Shown here piece after piece: positions 38,678-49,100 of a stretch of DNA of 64,000 bases (positions within the stretch are counted from its first letter, which is position 1; every line of letters starts with the position of its first letter). Made by a program: the position numbers and the translations under genes. The notes beneath the pieces were generated by a model that was not told where the DNA came from, ran no database searches, and saw nothing but the letters and a program-made list of their open reading frames with translations. Location of the stretch: the NCBI GenBank assembly GCA_038204425.1, contig JBBRCZ010000008.1, positions 32,001 through 96,000 of the forward strand, written 5' to 3'. The stretch is from Spirochaetia bacterium. GTDB lineage: Bacteria > Spirochaetota > Spirochaetia > DSM-27196 > Salinispiraceae.

Positions 38678-39811
38678 TCATGGCAGACTTGCCAGCACTT
38701 TTTGTATCAATTCAATCTCTTTTGGCCCGAGTCCTGGGTGTAATGGAAACAATAATGTCCTCAATACAAAACCATACGCATGCACAAACCGATTTGCTTC
38801 AAAGTTTGGGTCGGCAATCTTTTTAAAAAGTATACTTCCTTCAAAGGCCAAAACTGTTTCTACGCCCTTTTTTTTGGCATAGGCTTGTACATCTGCCGTT
38901 GAGCCTTGAATCAGAACCGGAAAGCTATGCGCCAAAACATGACAATCGGGATCAAAACCATGGTGGCGGCCTCTAAGTAAAGAGCGCGTAAAGGCGTCAA
39001 ACATGTCACTTCGACGCTTAAGAAAATGGGGCAGCTCCCTAAATTGACTGCGCCCCAAGGCAGCGTTCATATCGCCCATCCACGCACTGTCGGGCAAATC
39101 TTCTACGCTCGCGCTCAAGGCGTGCGATGTTTTTTTGTTCTGAGAAAAGACCAGACAACCTCCTCCGGTCGTTAGCGCTGACCATGACTCAGTTTGTAAT
39201 AGAACAAAGGCTGCACTACGCCCCGGAAGGCTTTGGACACTTTTTTCTTCTTGGTTGGCATTGGGGGCTTGCAAAGCAAAGCCTTCGATGTCTTCTATGG
39301 CCACATTGCTTGAGGCGACTTTATCGGCAGGTAAGACCAAGGCTTGACTGATGTCTTCTAACAGCGCAATTGAGTGCTTATGACACCAGTTTGCAATCGG
39401 TTCTACCTGGCTTGCATAACCAATGCTATGGTGAACCAACAGTGCCTTAAAGGGTTGATCAGCGTATGATTTTTGACAAGCAGAAATATCAAGGCTAGGA
39501 CTGCGCTCTGCGACATCCAGTAGCACAGGTATCAAACCAAGTGATAGTGCCGTTCGCTCCCACTCGCTGGGCGCGAGAGCAGGCAAGCCGACGGCGTCAC
39601 CACTTTGAAGTCCGCTGGCCTTAAAAACGACCTCAATAGCACGTTGGTACTCGCGCAGAGCTATACCAGCGTCATAGCCCAATAGTTCGAGCACTTGCGT
39701 GACCAGAGCCTCGCCTTCTTCACCAGGTCCAATGTGGTCAAGCGCCAAACAAGTCAGGACAGCGTCCATATCCTTGCGTTTGATGAAAGGTTTAAACAAG
39801 CTAATTGCCAC
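38678..39811 (-). CDS. DegT/DnrJ/EryC1/StrS aminotransferase-fold protein (degenerate)
   Basis: LLEDISQAL, LTTGGGCLV, MGDMNAALGRSQ, LLFPLHPGL; the PLP lysine appears absent. Confidence 0.75.
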   Translation of the reverse strand: MAISLFKPFIKRKDMDAVLTCLALDHIGPGEEGEALVTQVLELLGYDAGIALREYQRAIEVVFKASGLQSGDAVGLPALAPSEWERTALSLGLIPVLLDVAERSPSLDISACQKSYADQPFKALLVHHSIGYASQVEPIANWCHKHSIALLEDISQALVLPADKVASSNVAIEDIEGFALQAPNANQEEKSVQSLPGRSAAFVLLQTESWSALTTGGGCLVFSQNKKTSHALSASVEDLPDSAWMGDMNAALGRSQFRELPHFLKRRSDMFDAFTRSLLRGRHHGFDPDCHVLAHSFPVLIQGSTADVQAYAKKKGVETVLAFEGSILFKKIADPNFEANRFVHAYGFVLRTLLFPLHPGLGPKEIELIQKVLASLP

Positions 39812-39901
39812 AAAGGCTCCTCACTCTCTAATCTATACCAAACAATGCTTTTTCAAAAGTACTTGAGCGCCTAAAAAAAGCATGACCTTTGCGGGCCTTG
39901 C

Positions 39902-40375
39902 TTAATTGGAAATTGCATCCAATTGCTTGAGTTCGCGTACATTAAAGAGGCGTCTGATATCGAGCAGAATCAAATAGTGATCGTCTCGATTAACAACTCC
40001 TTGAATATATTCTGCACCAATTCCCGAAATCATTTGCGGTGGCGCTTGAATTTCCCCAACCTTGACGCTTACTACGCGTGAAACCTTGTCAATAATTATA
40101 GCCAATTGCATGCCGTCGATGCTTACTATCACAAAGCCACTCAAGAGCTGATCTTCTTCACTTAAATTTGCAGAACTTATAGAAAAACGACGATGTAAAC
40201 TGATTACCGGAATAATCTCACCGCGTAGATTAAAGATGCCCTCTACGTACGCTGGAGCATTGGGGATCTCACGAACTTCTTCTATTTTTACTATGCCTTC
40301 AACATCCATAATGTTGATGCCGTATTGTTCAGATCCAAGCTGAAAAGTAACCAACTGTATAGAATCGTCCGCCAT
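39902..40375 (-). CDS. cheW: Chemotaxis adaptor CheW
   Basis: QLVTFQLGSEQYG, IPNAPAYVEGIFNLRGEIIPVI. Confidence 0.96.
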   Translation of the reverse strand: MADDSIQLVTFQLGSEQYGINIMDVEGIVKIEEVREIPNAPAYVEGIFNLRGEIIPVISLHRRFSISSANLSEEDQLLSGFVIVSIDGMQLAIIIDKVSRVVSVKVGEIQAPPQMISGIGAEYIQGVVNRDDHYLILLDIRRLFNVRELKQLDAISN

Positions 40376-40459
40376 TTACAGCCTCCATCATGTGCTTCAA
40401 TCTCTGCTTCAATCTCTGTAAGCAAGTTTATGTCTTTTTTTTGGCGAATGCAATCAAAG

Positions 40460-41635
40460 CTAGAAAAAAGCCATGTCATCTGGTCTTGCTACAATAGCGT
40501 CGCGGTCGCTGCCTAGTAGGGCGGCGACTTGTTGACTGTTGAGCCCCTTGGCTGCCTCAAGTTCGCTTGAAGAAAAACTAGTCACCAATTTGAGCTTTTG
40601 ATTTACTTCAATAACACTGTTGCGGTCAAAAACTCCCAGCACTTCTACTACGCCTTTGAGCAACAATGAATTGTGGGCGGCTAGAGCTTGCCAAGCACCT
40701 TCATCAACCGTCAAACTGCCTTGGGCCCGTGAGTTTTTTATCCAGCGCGTACGATTTTTTAGTGGCATGCGTGCTTCAAAAAGCGTACCAAGAGCTTCAC
40801 CAGCGCAGCAACGACTGATAACTCTCTCGGTTCGACCATGGGTGATGACCACTCTACAACCAGCATCGCGAGCTATTTCTACTGCCAAGAGCTTGGTCTT
40901 CATGCCACCTGTGGAAAACTCAGTGCCGCGATCGCCAGCGGATGCTTTGATTTGGCTGGTTATTTCGTCAACATAATCAATTGCCTGTGCGTCAGGCTGC
41001 TCACGCGGATTGGCTGTATACAAACAATCTATGTCAGAAAGCAGCAGAAGTAGTTCGGCGTCGATTTTTGATGCGACATAGGCCGACAACTGGTCATTGT
41101 CACCAAAGGCGTTGCCAATTTCCGCTGTGGAAAGTGCGTCGTTTTCGTTAAAAACAGGCACTACTCTGAGGTCAAGTAAATTCTCAACAGCTGCTCGCAG
41201 GTTGAGGTAGCTGGAACGCACGTCCCAGACATCTCGGGTGATAAGAACCTGAGCTACCGTTAATCCGTATACACCAAATGCGCGATGATACTCGTTCATC
41301 AAAAGTGGCTGGCCAATGGCAGCACAAGCTTGGCGCTCGACTACATCACTGACTCTCTTGCTGATGCCAAGCTCGCGCGCACCCATGCCGATAGCTCCCG
41401 ATGTAACAATTATCACTTGTTTGCCTTGACGGACCAGATCGGCTACGTCCAGGGCCACTCGGTGCAAGTATTCAATGTCTATGCCGCCGTCGCTGCGACC
41501 ACCTGCCCCACTGCTTATCCTGTCACCATTTCCGGGCAGGCGTGTTAGCGTATTGGTGCCAATCTTAATGACAATGCGACGAGCCTGAGCTAAGAGCGCT
41601 CTGCTTTGCTGAGCGGCTTCATTAAGTGACTTCAT
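40460..41635 (-). CDS. proB: Glutamate 5-kinase
   Basis: IVIKIGT, VTSGAI, NEND, FGDNDQL, TGGMKTK, PUA-like C-terminus. Confidence 0.95.
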   Translation of the reverse strand: MKSLNEAAQQSRALLAQARRIVIKIGTNTLTRLPGNGDRISSGAGGRSDGGIDIEYLHRVALDVADLVRQGKQVIIVTSGAIGMGARELGISKRVSDVVERQACAAIGQPLLMNEYHRAFGVYGLTVAQVLITRDVWDVRSSYLNLRAAVENLLDLRVVPVFNENDALSTAEIGNAFGDNDQLSAYVASKIDAELLLLLSDIDCLYTANPREQPDAQAIDYVDEITSQIKASAGDRGTEFSTGGMKTKLLAVEIARDAGCRVVITHGRTERVISRCCAGEALGTLFEARMPLKNRTRWIKNSRAQGSLTVDEGAWQALAAHNSLLLKGVVEVLGVFDRNSVIEVNQKLKLVTSFSSSELEAAKGLNSQQVAALLGSDRDAIVARPDDMAFF

Positions 41636-42948
41636 ATGCCAGTTCCACCAATGTTAAGCGGAAGGTCCCTGTGAGTAAAGTGCTCTTTGCCACTTGAGTA
41701 GTCAGCAACTATTTGTCCGCTACCATACAATCTCCATTGATAAATCAAGAGCCCCTCCAAACCAACTGGTCCACGGGCATGAAGTTTTCCAGTCGAAACA
41801 CCCACCTCGGCCCCCAGTCCAAAACGAAATCCATCGGCAAAACGCGTGCTGGCGTTCCAAAAAACACTGGCACTGCCAACTGTTTGCATAAAATGCTGAG
41901 CCGATTTAGGGTCATCACTGACTATGCAGTCGGTGTGGTGACTTCCCCAGCGATTGATGTGTTCTATCGCGGCCGAAAGGTCGTCAACCACACGGATGGC
42001 CATAACGTAGTCTAGGTATTCTCTATCCCACTGCTCAACGGACATATACTCATGCTCTATCCCTGCAGCAAGCAGAATTTGATGGCTGCGCTGACAGGTA
42101 CGTAACTTAACCTTGTGGTCGATTAAGGCCTTTGCAATAATTGGCAAGATCCTATGCGACGCCTCTTGGTGGATAAGCAAGGTTTCAGCGGCGTTGCAAA
42201 CAGCAACGTACTGGCTTTTTGAGTCAACCACCAAGCGGCTGGCCATGCTTGGATCAGCATCTTTGTCGACAAAGATGTGACAAATACCGTCAGCGTGCCC
42301 CATTACCGGAATGCGACTTTCGCGCATTATGTGCTGCACAAAATCGTTGGAACCCCGCGGTATAACCAAGTCAACAAGATCATGCATGGTAAGCAGTTGA
42401 GCAACCTCTTCTCTTGTTTCTAGTTGCACCAACCAACCGGGGGCTAGACCAGCTTCCACAGCGGCATCATGTATTATTTGAGCCAGGAGACGATTGCTTT
42501 CTAAGGCTTCACTACCGCCTTTGAGAACCACTGCATTGCCCGACTTTATGCACAGACCAGCAATTTGCACCAAGGCATCTGGTCGTGACTCAAAAATCAT
42601 GGCTATCAAACCCAAAGGACACGATACTTGGTAAAGATTGAGATCCGTATCCAATTCTTTTGCACTTAGAATTTTGTTCAATGGGTCTTTGGACTCAATA
42701 AGCGCTTTTATTCCTTGCTCGAGTTCGGCAAGCTTGCCAGGTCCAAAATTTAGTCGCTTGAGCAATGCCTCGGAGAGCTTAGCTTGCCTTGAGCGTTCTA
42801 AATCGACTTGATTGGCAGCAAAAATCTGCGCTTGATTGTCTACTAGGCTTTGCAATACGGCCTCAAGAGCGCGATTTCTCACGTTAAGATCTAGGCTCGC
42901 GCAGATTATTGAGGCAGACTTTGCACGTGCAATTTTTTGTATCAACAT
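41632..42948 (-). CDS. proA: Gamma-glutamyl phosphate reductase
   Basis: FESRP, LKGGSEA, IPRGS, CNAAETLL, NASTRFADG, HARGPVG. Confidence 0.96.
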   Translation of the reverse strand: MLIQKIARAKSASIICASLDLNVRNRALEAVLQSLVDNQAQIFAANQVDLERSRQAKLSEALLKRLNFGPGKLAELEQGIKALIESKDPLNKILSAKELDTDLNLYQVSCPLGLIAMIFESRPDALVQIAGLCIKSGNAVVLKGGSEALESNRLLAQIIHDAAVEAGLAPGWLVQLETREEVAQLLTMHDLVDLVIPRGSNDFVQHIMRESRIPVMGHADGICHIFVDKDADPSMASRLVVDSKSQYVAVCNAAETLLIHQEASHRILPIIAKALIDHKVKLRTCQRSHQILLAAGIEHEYMSVEQWDREYLDYVMAIRVVDDLSAAIEHINRWGSHHTDCIVSDDPKSAQHFMQTVGSASVFWNASTRFADGFRFGLGAEVGVSTGKLHARGPVGLEGLLIYQWRLYGSGQIVADYSSGKEHFTHRDLPLNIGGTGI

Positions 42949-43132
42949 TATAGCTCCATGCTACCAAATGGCGGACATGCTGGGCAAGCTTCTTTTTCTC
43001 TTATCCAAAACGGCATTTTTGTCCAAAATCAGTTAACCTTTAATTTGTGTGCTATCAATGTGCTATGTGCTAGGCACCATTTACTGCGTGCGTTGCACCA
43101 TTTGTTAGGTACAGTACACTAAGGGGTTTCCA

Positions 43133-46100
43133 ATGAAGTTTAAACTAAAGATCATCTTTTTTGCCTTTTTAAGCGTACAAACGTTTGCTTCAATTTTTGC
43201 TGGTGGTTCTGCGGAGCAAAAACCAGCTCAAGCCAATGGACTAAGAAACTGGGATCACACGCTCGACATTAGTACTAAAAAGCCAGGGCTCTACAATATA
43301 GTTATCGAAGGTCGCGATAGGGCCGGAAACGTTACGGTGGCTGGCCCTTTTAATATCCACGTAGATCCCGAGTCTGACGTGCCCCATGTTCAGATAAATA
43401 ATCCACTTTCGCTACAACGCGTTGGCGGCAACCTTAACATAGTTGGCACCGCAGTTGACGATGACGGCATTGGCTATGTTGAACTAAGCCTAAATGGCGC
43501 TGAGCCGGTTCGTGCTCAAGGCAAAGAGTTTTGGTCACTTTACTTCTCAGTTGCTGAGATTGAGGATGGCGCCCATACGCTTTCGGCGATCGCCCATGAC
43601 ATCAACGGTGTGCCGTCAAAGCCAATCTCTGTTGTCTTTAATCTAGATAAACACAAGCCCAACAACCAGATTATTAGTCATCAAAATGGTGTCATAGTGA
43701 GCGGCAATCTTCGCTTTAGCGGTTTGGTGGAGGATGCAAACCAAGTAGCAAGTGTAGAACTTAGTGAAGACGGTGGAAAGCAATTTAAGGCGGTCTATTT
43801 TCAATCCGAGAAGAATGGACTTCAAGCACGTTTTGACTATGCGGTGGACACCAAAAAATTTCCGGATGGACCCAAGGTATTGTGGGTCAGAAGTCGCGAC
43901 AAAACAGGTTCAGTAAATGCCAGTGCTTTTTTGGTATTTGTTGATAACACCATCCCCGACTTGAGAGTAATTTACCCGGGTAAGGATGCACCCGTAAATG
44001 GTAAAGTGACCATTTTTGGGGCAGCAGCCGACGTGGTCGGTCTCAAGTCGCTTAGCTGGCGATGGGGGGATAAAAAAGCCGACATGGCGTTGGTTCCTGG
44101 CAACCCGTTCTTTTCTCAAGAGTTTGACCTCAGCAAACAAAGCAATGGCAATTTTAACGTTGTCTTTATCGCGCAAGATACCGCAGGCAATATCCGTGAG
44201 TTTAGCCATAGCCTAAAGATTGACAACGAAGGTGACTTGCCAGTGGCGAGTCTGCATAGTCCACAAGCCAAGTCGGTACACGACGACTACCTCGTGCTTA
44301 CGGCAAGCGCACGTGACGACGACGGCATTGCTGCCTTATGGTACCAGCTTGGCCAGAGTCCAGCTGTAAGATTAGAAGGCAACGGAAATTTTGTTCAAAG
44401 AATTGAATTAGGCAATGCCGGTCAACACACAATTGGCATCTGGGCCGAGGACATCTTTGGTGTCAAAGGCAAGCAAATCAGCCAAAGCTTTCAGTCCTGG
44501 GGCCCTAGCCCTATCATAGTCGTAGGCAAGGTGAATGCCAATCAGTTTTCGCCAGGAATGACACTAATTTCGAGTACCGACAATACTATTGAAGGCAGCA
44601 TAGCAAGCTTCAATGGTCTCAAGTCATTGCAGTTTTGGGTAAATGGGGCCAAAGCACAGAATGCTTCCTTCCAAAACACAGCCAAAATTGGTGAGCTGAG
44701 CTTTAAACTCGCTCTCGGCAAAGGACTGCCCTTTGGCATACTTAATGTCGAACTAGAAGCACTTGACAATGCCGCCAAGTCCAGCAAGAATCGGATCTTA
44801 CTCTTTGTTAGGGATGACTCAAAGATTCAGGACGAACCGAGCATTGTCTTTGAAGACAAGCGCATAGTCGGCGACAGAGTTCAATTTGACAGCGATAAAC
44901 CGCTAGACCTCTACTTTGCCGGCGGTACGGCAAAATCGGTTAGACTGCTTCCCGAAAGCAACCTATTAAAAGTTAATCTTGATGGCAACCATATAAGTTT
45001 GCTAGTGCTCAAAGCTGGCATTACGGTACCAAGCAAAGTTGTGCTGACTGATGTTCGCGGCCATAGTTTTGAAACTAACGCTTTTGTTTTTGCAACTGAT
45101 TATGTCGCACCCCAAGTCACTTTGGCAGCTCTCTCCGACAAGCCGTATAACAAAGCGCCAAGTATCAGCGGAAAGGCCACCGACAACCTAAAACTTGCGA
45201 AATTGCAGCTTAGCACAAGCAACGTTATCACGGTTCAAGAAATAGCGCTACCTGCCACGGCAGATGGAAGCTTTAAAATTGACCTACCGGCTTCGATCTG
45301 GGATGCAAATCCAGACGGTTTAGTTATAGTCAAGGTTACCGCAAGTGACGTAAGCGGCTTATCCAGTCAGCAAGAATTGACGCTTATCAAAGATACGACA
45401 CCGCCACTTATCAGAGCCGAGCTGGGTGGCAACGGCTTTGGCAGTTTATGGATAGTTTTTGGCACAGTCGAAGAATCGGGCCTTTTGCAAAACTTGAGCT
45501 ACGAACTTGATGGATCGAGTAACACGCTGGCCTTGCTGCCTGACTTTGCATTTTCGGTCACTGCAGACACAGCTCGCAGCCTCACTCTCAACGCCACTGA
45601 TGCTGCAGGCAACACAGGAACACTGAGCCTTGCCATAGGGCTTGCAAGTGGCACGGCAACGCCGCAAGCCCTGCTTGGCCCTGATGGCAAACCCTTGCCA
45701 GCTGCCAAACCAAATGCCAGGATTTTGTACCCAAAACCCGGCGCCACGTCGTCAAGCAGGCAATTTGTGATAGCACTAGACAACAGTCTTAGCATTGACG
45801 CCTTGTCTGCAAAAATTGGCGGCAAAGTGACTGAGATCAATTATTTGGCCGGATCAGGAATTGCTTATGGCAAACTTGAGCCACTTAAGCCAGGCACGAA
45901 AGAACTAAACTTAGAACTTGGCTTTTTGGTGGCCGGCAAGCAAGAGGTCAATAACTCCTTGCGGCTGAGTTTTGACGCTGAGCTGACGCGGCCAAAACTT
46001 GAGGTACAAGTCAACAGCGGCAACGTTAGCGCATCCAATGCACGACTAAGTGGCGCTGTGATCGATAGCGATGGTGCTAGTGAGCTTCGTTATCAAGTTG

Positions 46101-49100
46101 ACAACAGTGCGCAAGTACTACAAAAATTGACAGACAACTTGTTTAGCTTGGATTTTTCGACCCTCAAGCCTGGCAAACATACAGTCAAACTCTTTGCACT
46201 TGATTCGCTTGGCAATCAATCTCAAACGGTTGACTACGGTCTAACCATAGACGATCAAGCAAGTCAGATTATTGTGCAGTCTGTCCGTACCAAATCAGCG
46301 GTCCAAGATTATCGCAATGGTATTAATCTTACTTTGGACGATCAAACAGCGCTTGTCGGTCAGATTATTGGCACTGCCGCCATTAAAGAAGCCAAAATCT
46401 CCTTAAACAATCAGGCCGAACAAAGCCTGGCACTACGCGAGCAAAATGGCGTGCGCAGTTTTGAGTTTAAGATTCCGCGCGAGACCAGTTTGGGCAAACA
46501 GATCTGGAAGCTCACGGCCCGCAGCGAAAACGGCCAAACGAGCCTTGCAAGTGGTGTCTTTTATGTGCTCGCAGCGCCAAACAGCAGCATGGACTACGCC
46601 GATGGGCTTAGATTTGCAGACCCTGCAGTTGCAGCTGGGGAAGCTATGATCGTTTCAAACGACAAGCCGCTGGGTGCCTATCTGATTGGCAGGCCAATAA
46701 AGGAACTCATATTTAGTCCACCGGCTGCTCATTTGAGTGCCAGCTTTGAAGGTCGAGCCATCAAAATTGGCGCTCAAGAACAAGGACCTCGCTACAAGGG
46801 AATCCTTACGGCCGTAAGCTTAGATGGCGACCGCTACTCATCTCCAGTGCTCGACATAATTACCGACTCAACGGCTCCCGAGATCACTTTAGAAATGAAC
46901 GATGTGCAAACTTGGTTTAAGCAAACAGTGAGCATAAAAGGCACTATTCGAGACAACATCGCTAGCGACAAAGTATCCTGGACCACGCTGCTGCCCGGAG
47001 AACTGCTGGCCGAAAAACAATTTATCGATGCCAAAATTGCTGCTGCCAGCGCCAACACCGGTGTCCAAACATTTACTGTCGACGAGCTGGGCCAGAACCT
47101 CAGCGATGGCCTGTTCTATCTGGTGATTAAGGCTAGCGATACGAGCGGCAATCAAAGCCTGACGTATCGAGCTCTCCATAAATACAGCCAGCCGCCACTT
47201 GTTCAATTTCTTACCCCTCCAGTTGAGGAAATTGTAAACGGTTACCTCTTGCTGGGCGGCATTGTGCAAACGGTCAGCGTGCTCAAAGAGCTCGCCTGGA
47301 CAGCTGATGGAACAACATTTAACGAGCTCAATCTCGCCAATGACTTTAGCTTTTTCCTCGACACCCAAAAGAACCCTTTGCCACGTTGGGCAGTGCGTGC
47401 CCGAGACCTTGTTGGCAATGAGGTTTTGCTGGTACCGCAACTCAAACTTGATCCGCAAAAAGACTTGCCGGTAATAGAAATCCAAACACCGCCGCCAAGC
47501 GAAGTTCAGAGAAACAACTTTCCAATTGCAGGCATGGTCTTTGATGACGATGGTGTCAAGGCAATCTACTATCGCATTGACCACAAGGTGCTAACGACGA
47601 CCTCCATCAGTGCCAACGCCACCAGGGCAAGTTCCAGCACTACAAGCAGCACTGTCGCACCACGCGGTCGTGCAACGACAGCAACTAGTACTACCACCAC
47701 AATTGCTAAAGTAGAGGCTCTAACGCCCGCCATTGACTTGTCGACTTTTGTCAGACTAGAAGGCGCATCTAGCTTTAGTATTCCTATCGACATAGTGGCA
47801 ACAGGTGACAATCAGCATGTTATTGAGATGGTGGCCGAAGACATCAACGGTGTCTTAAGTCCCTTGATAAGTTCCACCTTCCGCATTAGTACCGCAGAGC
47901 CTCAAAACGCTGTTTTAGCTCCTTCAAATGAGTCAAGCAACCGCCGCATAGTTGCGGTCAATGGCAAAGCATCCGACAAGAACGGTATCAAGGAAGTCAG
48001 GCTATCTTTTGACAACGGCAATTCTTGGCATCGCGCCACAGGAACCGAGAATTGGAACTACCAGTTTGACACGCGGACGCTTAAGGATGGTACCTACGCT
48101 ATCTATATAAAAACCATCGACATGTACGAAACCGAGGGCGACTATACAACTTTGATTAACATTGACAACACGCCACCGAGCTTGATCTTAGACGATCCTG
48201 TCGATGGCCTAGTTAAAAAAGGTAAGCTCTATCTATCGGGTCGTGTGGATGATCAAATTGGCGTTAGCAAGATTATGCTCGATATCATCCCGGCCGATGC
48301 TGTGGCCAGCAATAAAAGCGTCCTATCCCAGACCTTGGCGCTAGAAACAGTCATTCAAAGCACCATAGATGTTGGCACATTGAGTCCTGGCTGGTACACC
48401 GTCAGACTTAGCGCCTTCGATAGGTCTGACAATGTCGGTTATATCAGTCGTGATATACAGATAGCCGATGCCAATATCCCCAGCAGAGCCGAGCTAGTTT
48501 ATCCACGAGAAAACGAAATTTTGTCAGGGTTTTTTACGCTCTCAGGTCAAGTCAAAGCCGAGGAACTGCCAAAACAAGTCGGACTCTATCTGGATGACAC
48601 CCTGTTGAGTCTCTTAGAAGTCAGCCCAGAAGGCTGGTTCCATAGTGAGTTTTCGCCCGAAATGCTTGAGGATGGCAAACATAACTTTACCATCAAACGC
48701 GCCAGTGAAAATGAGCAAGTCTTGCAAAACGTTGAAAGAACCATCAGCTACGCACAATCGGGACCATGGATTCGTTTTACGTCACAGAATCCTGGCGACT
48801 ATGTAAGCAAGCGCCCTTGGCTAGAAGGTAAAGCCGGTTACTTATTAAGCGAAGTCAAACCAAGTGAAGAAGGTCCAGAACTTGAAGTATGGCGTCAGAA
48901 AAATGAAGACAGTCAACTTGTTTCGATAGAATTATCTTTTGACAATGGCAAGACCTTTAGTCAAGTTGCCAATTCTGTGCAATGGCGTGCGCGACTAGAG
49001 ACTCAAAACTTTGCGACAGGGCCTATTTTTATTCTTGCGCGAGCAAAGTTTAAGGGCGGCAAAGTTGCCACTAGCCACATTGCACTAATAATTGACGAAA

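Noticed and set aside
40291..40479. 62-aa ORF bridging proB and cheW as a leader peptide
   Set aside because: Overlaps both neighbours out of frame, no RBS; its EIEAEIEA simply reflects the 12-bp repeat.
43072..43088. Sigma-54 promoter (GGCAC...TGC) upstream of the giant gene
   Set aside because: GG to GC spacing is 11 nt instead of the required 10.
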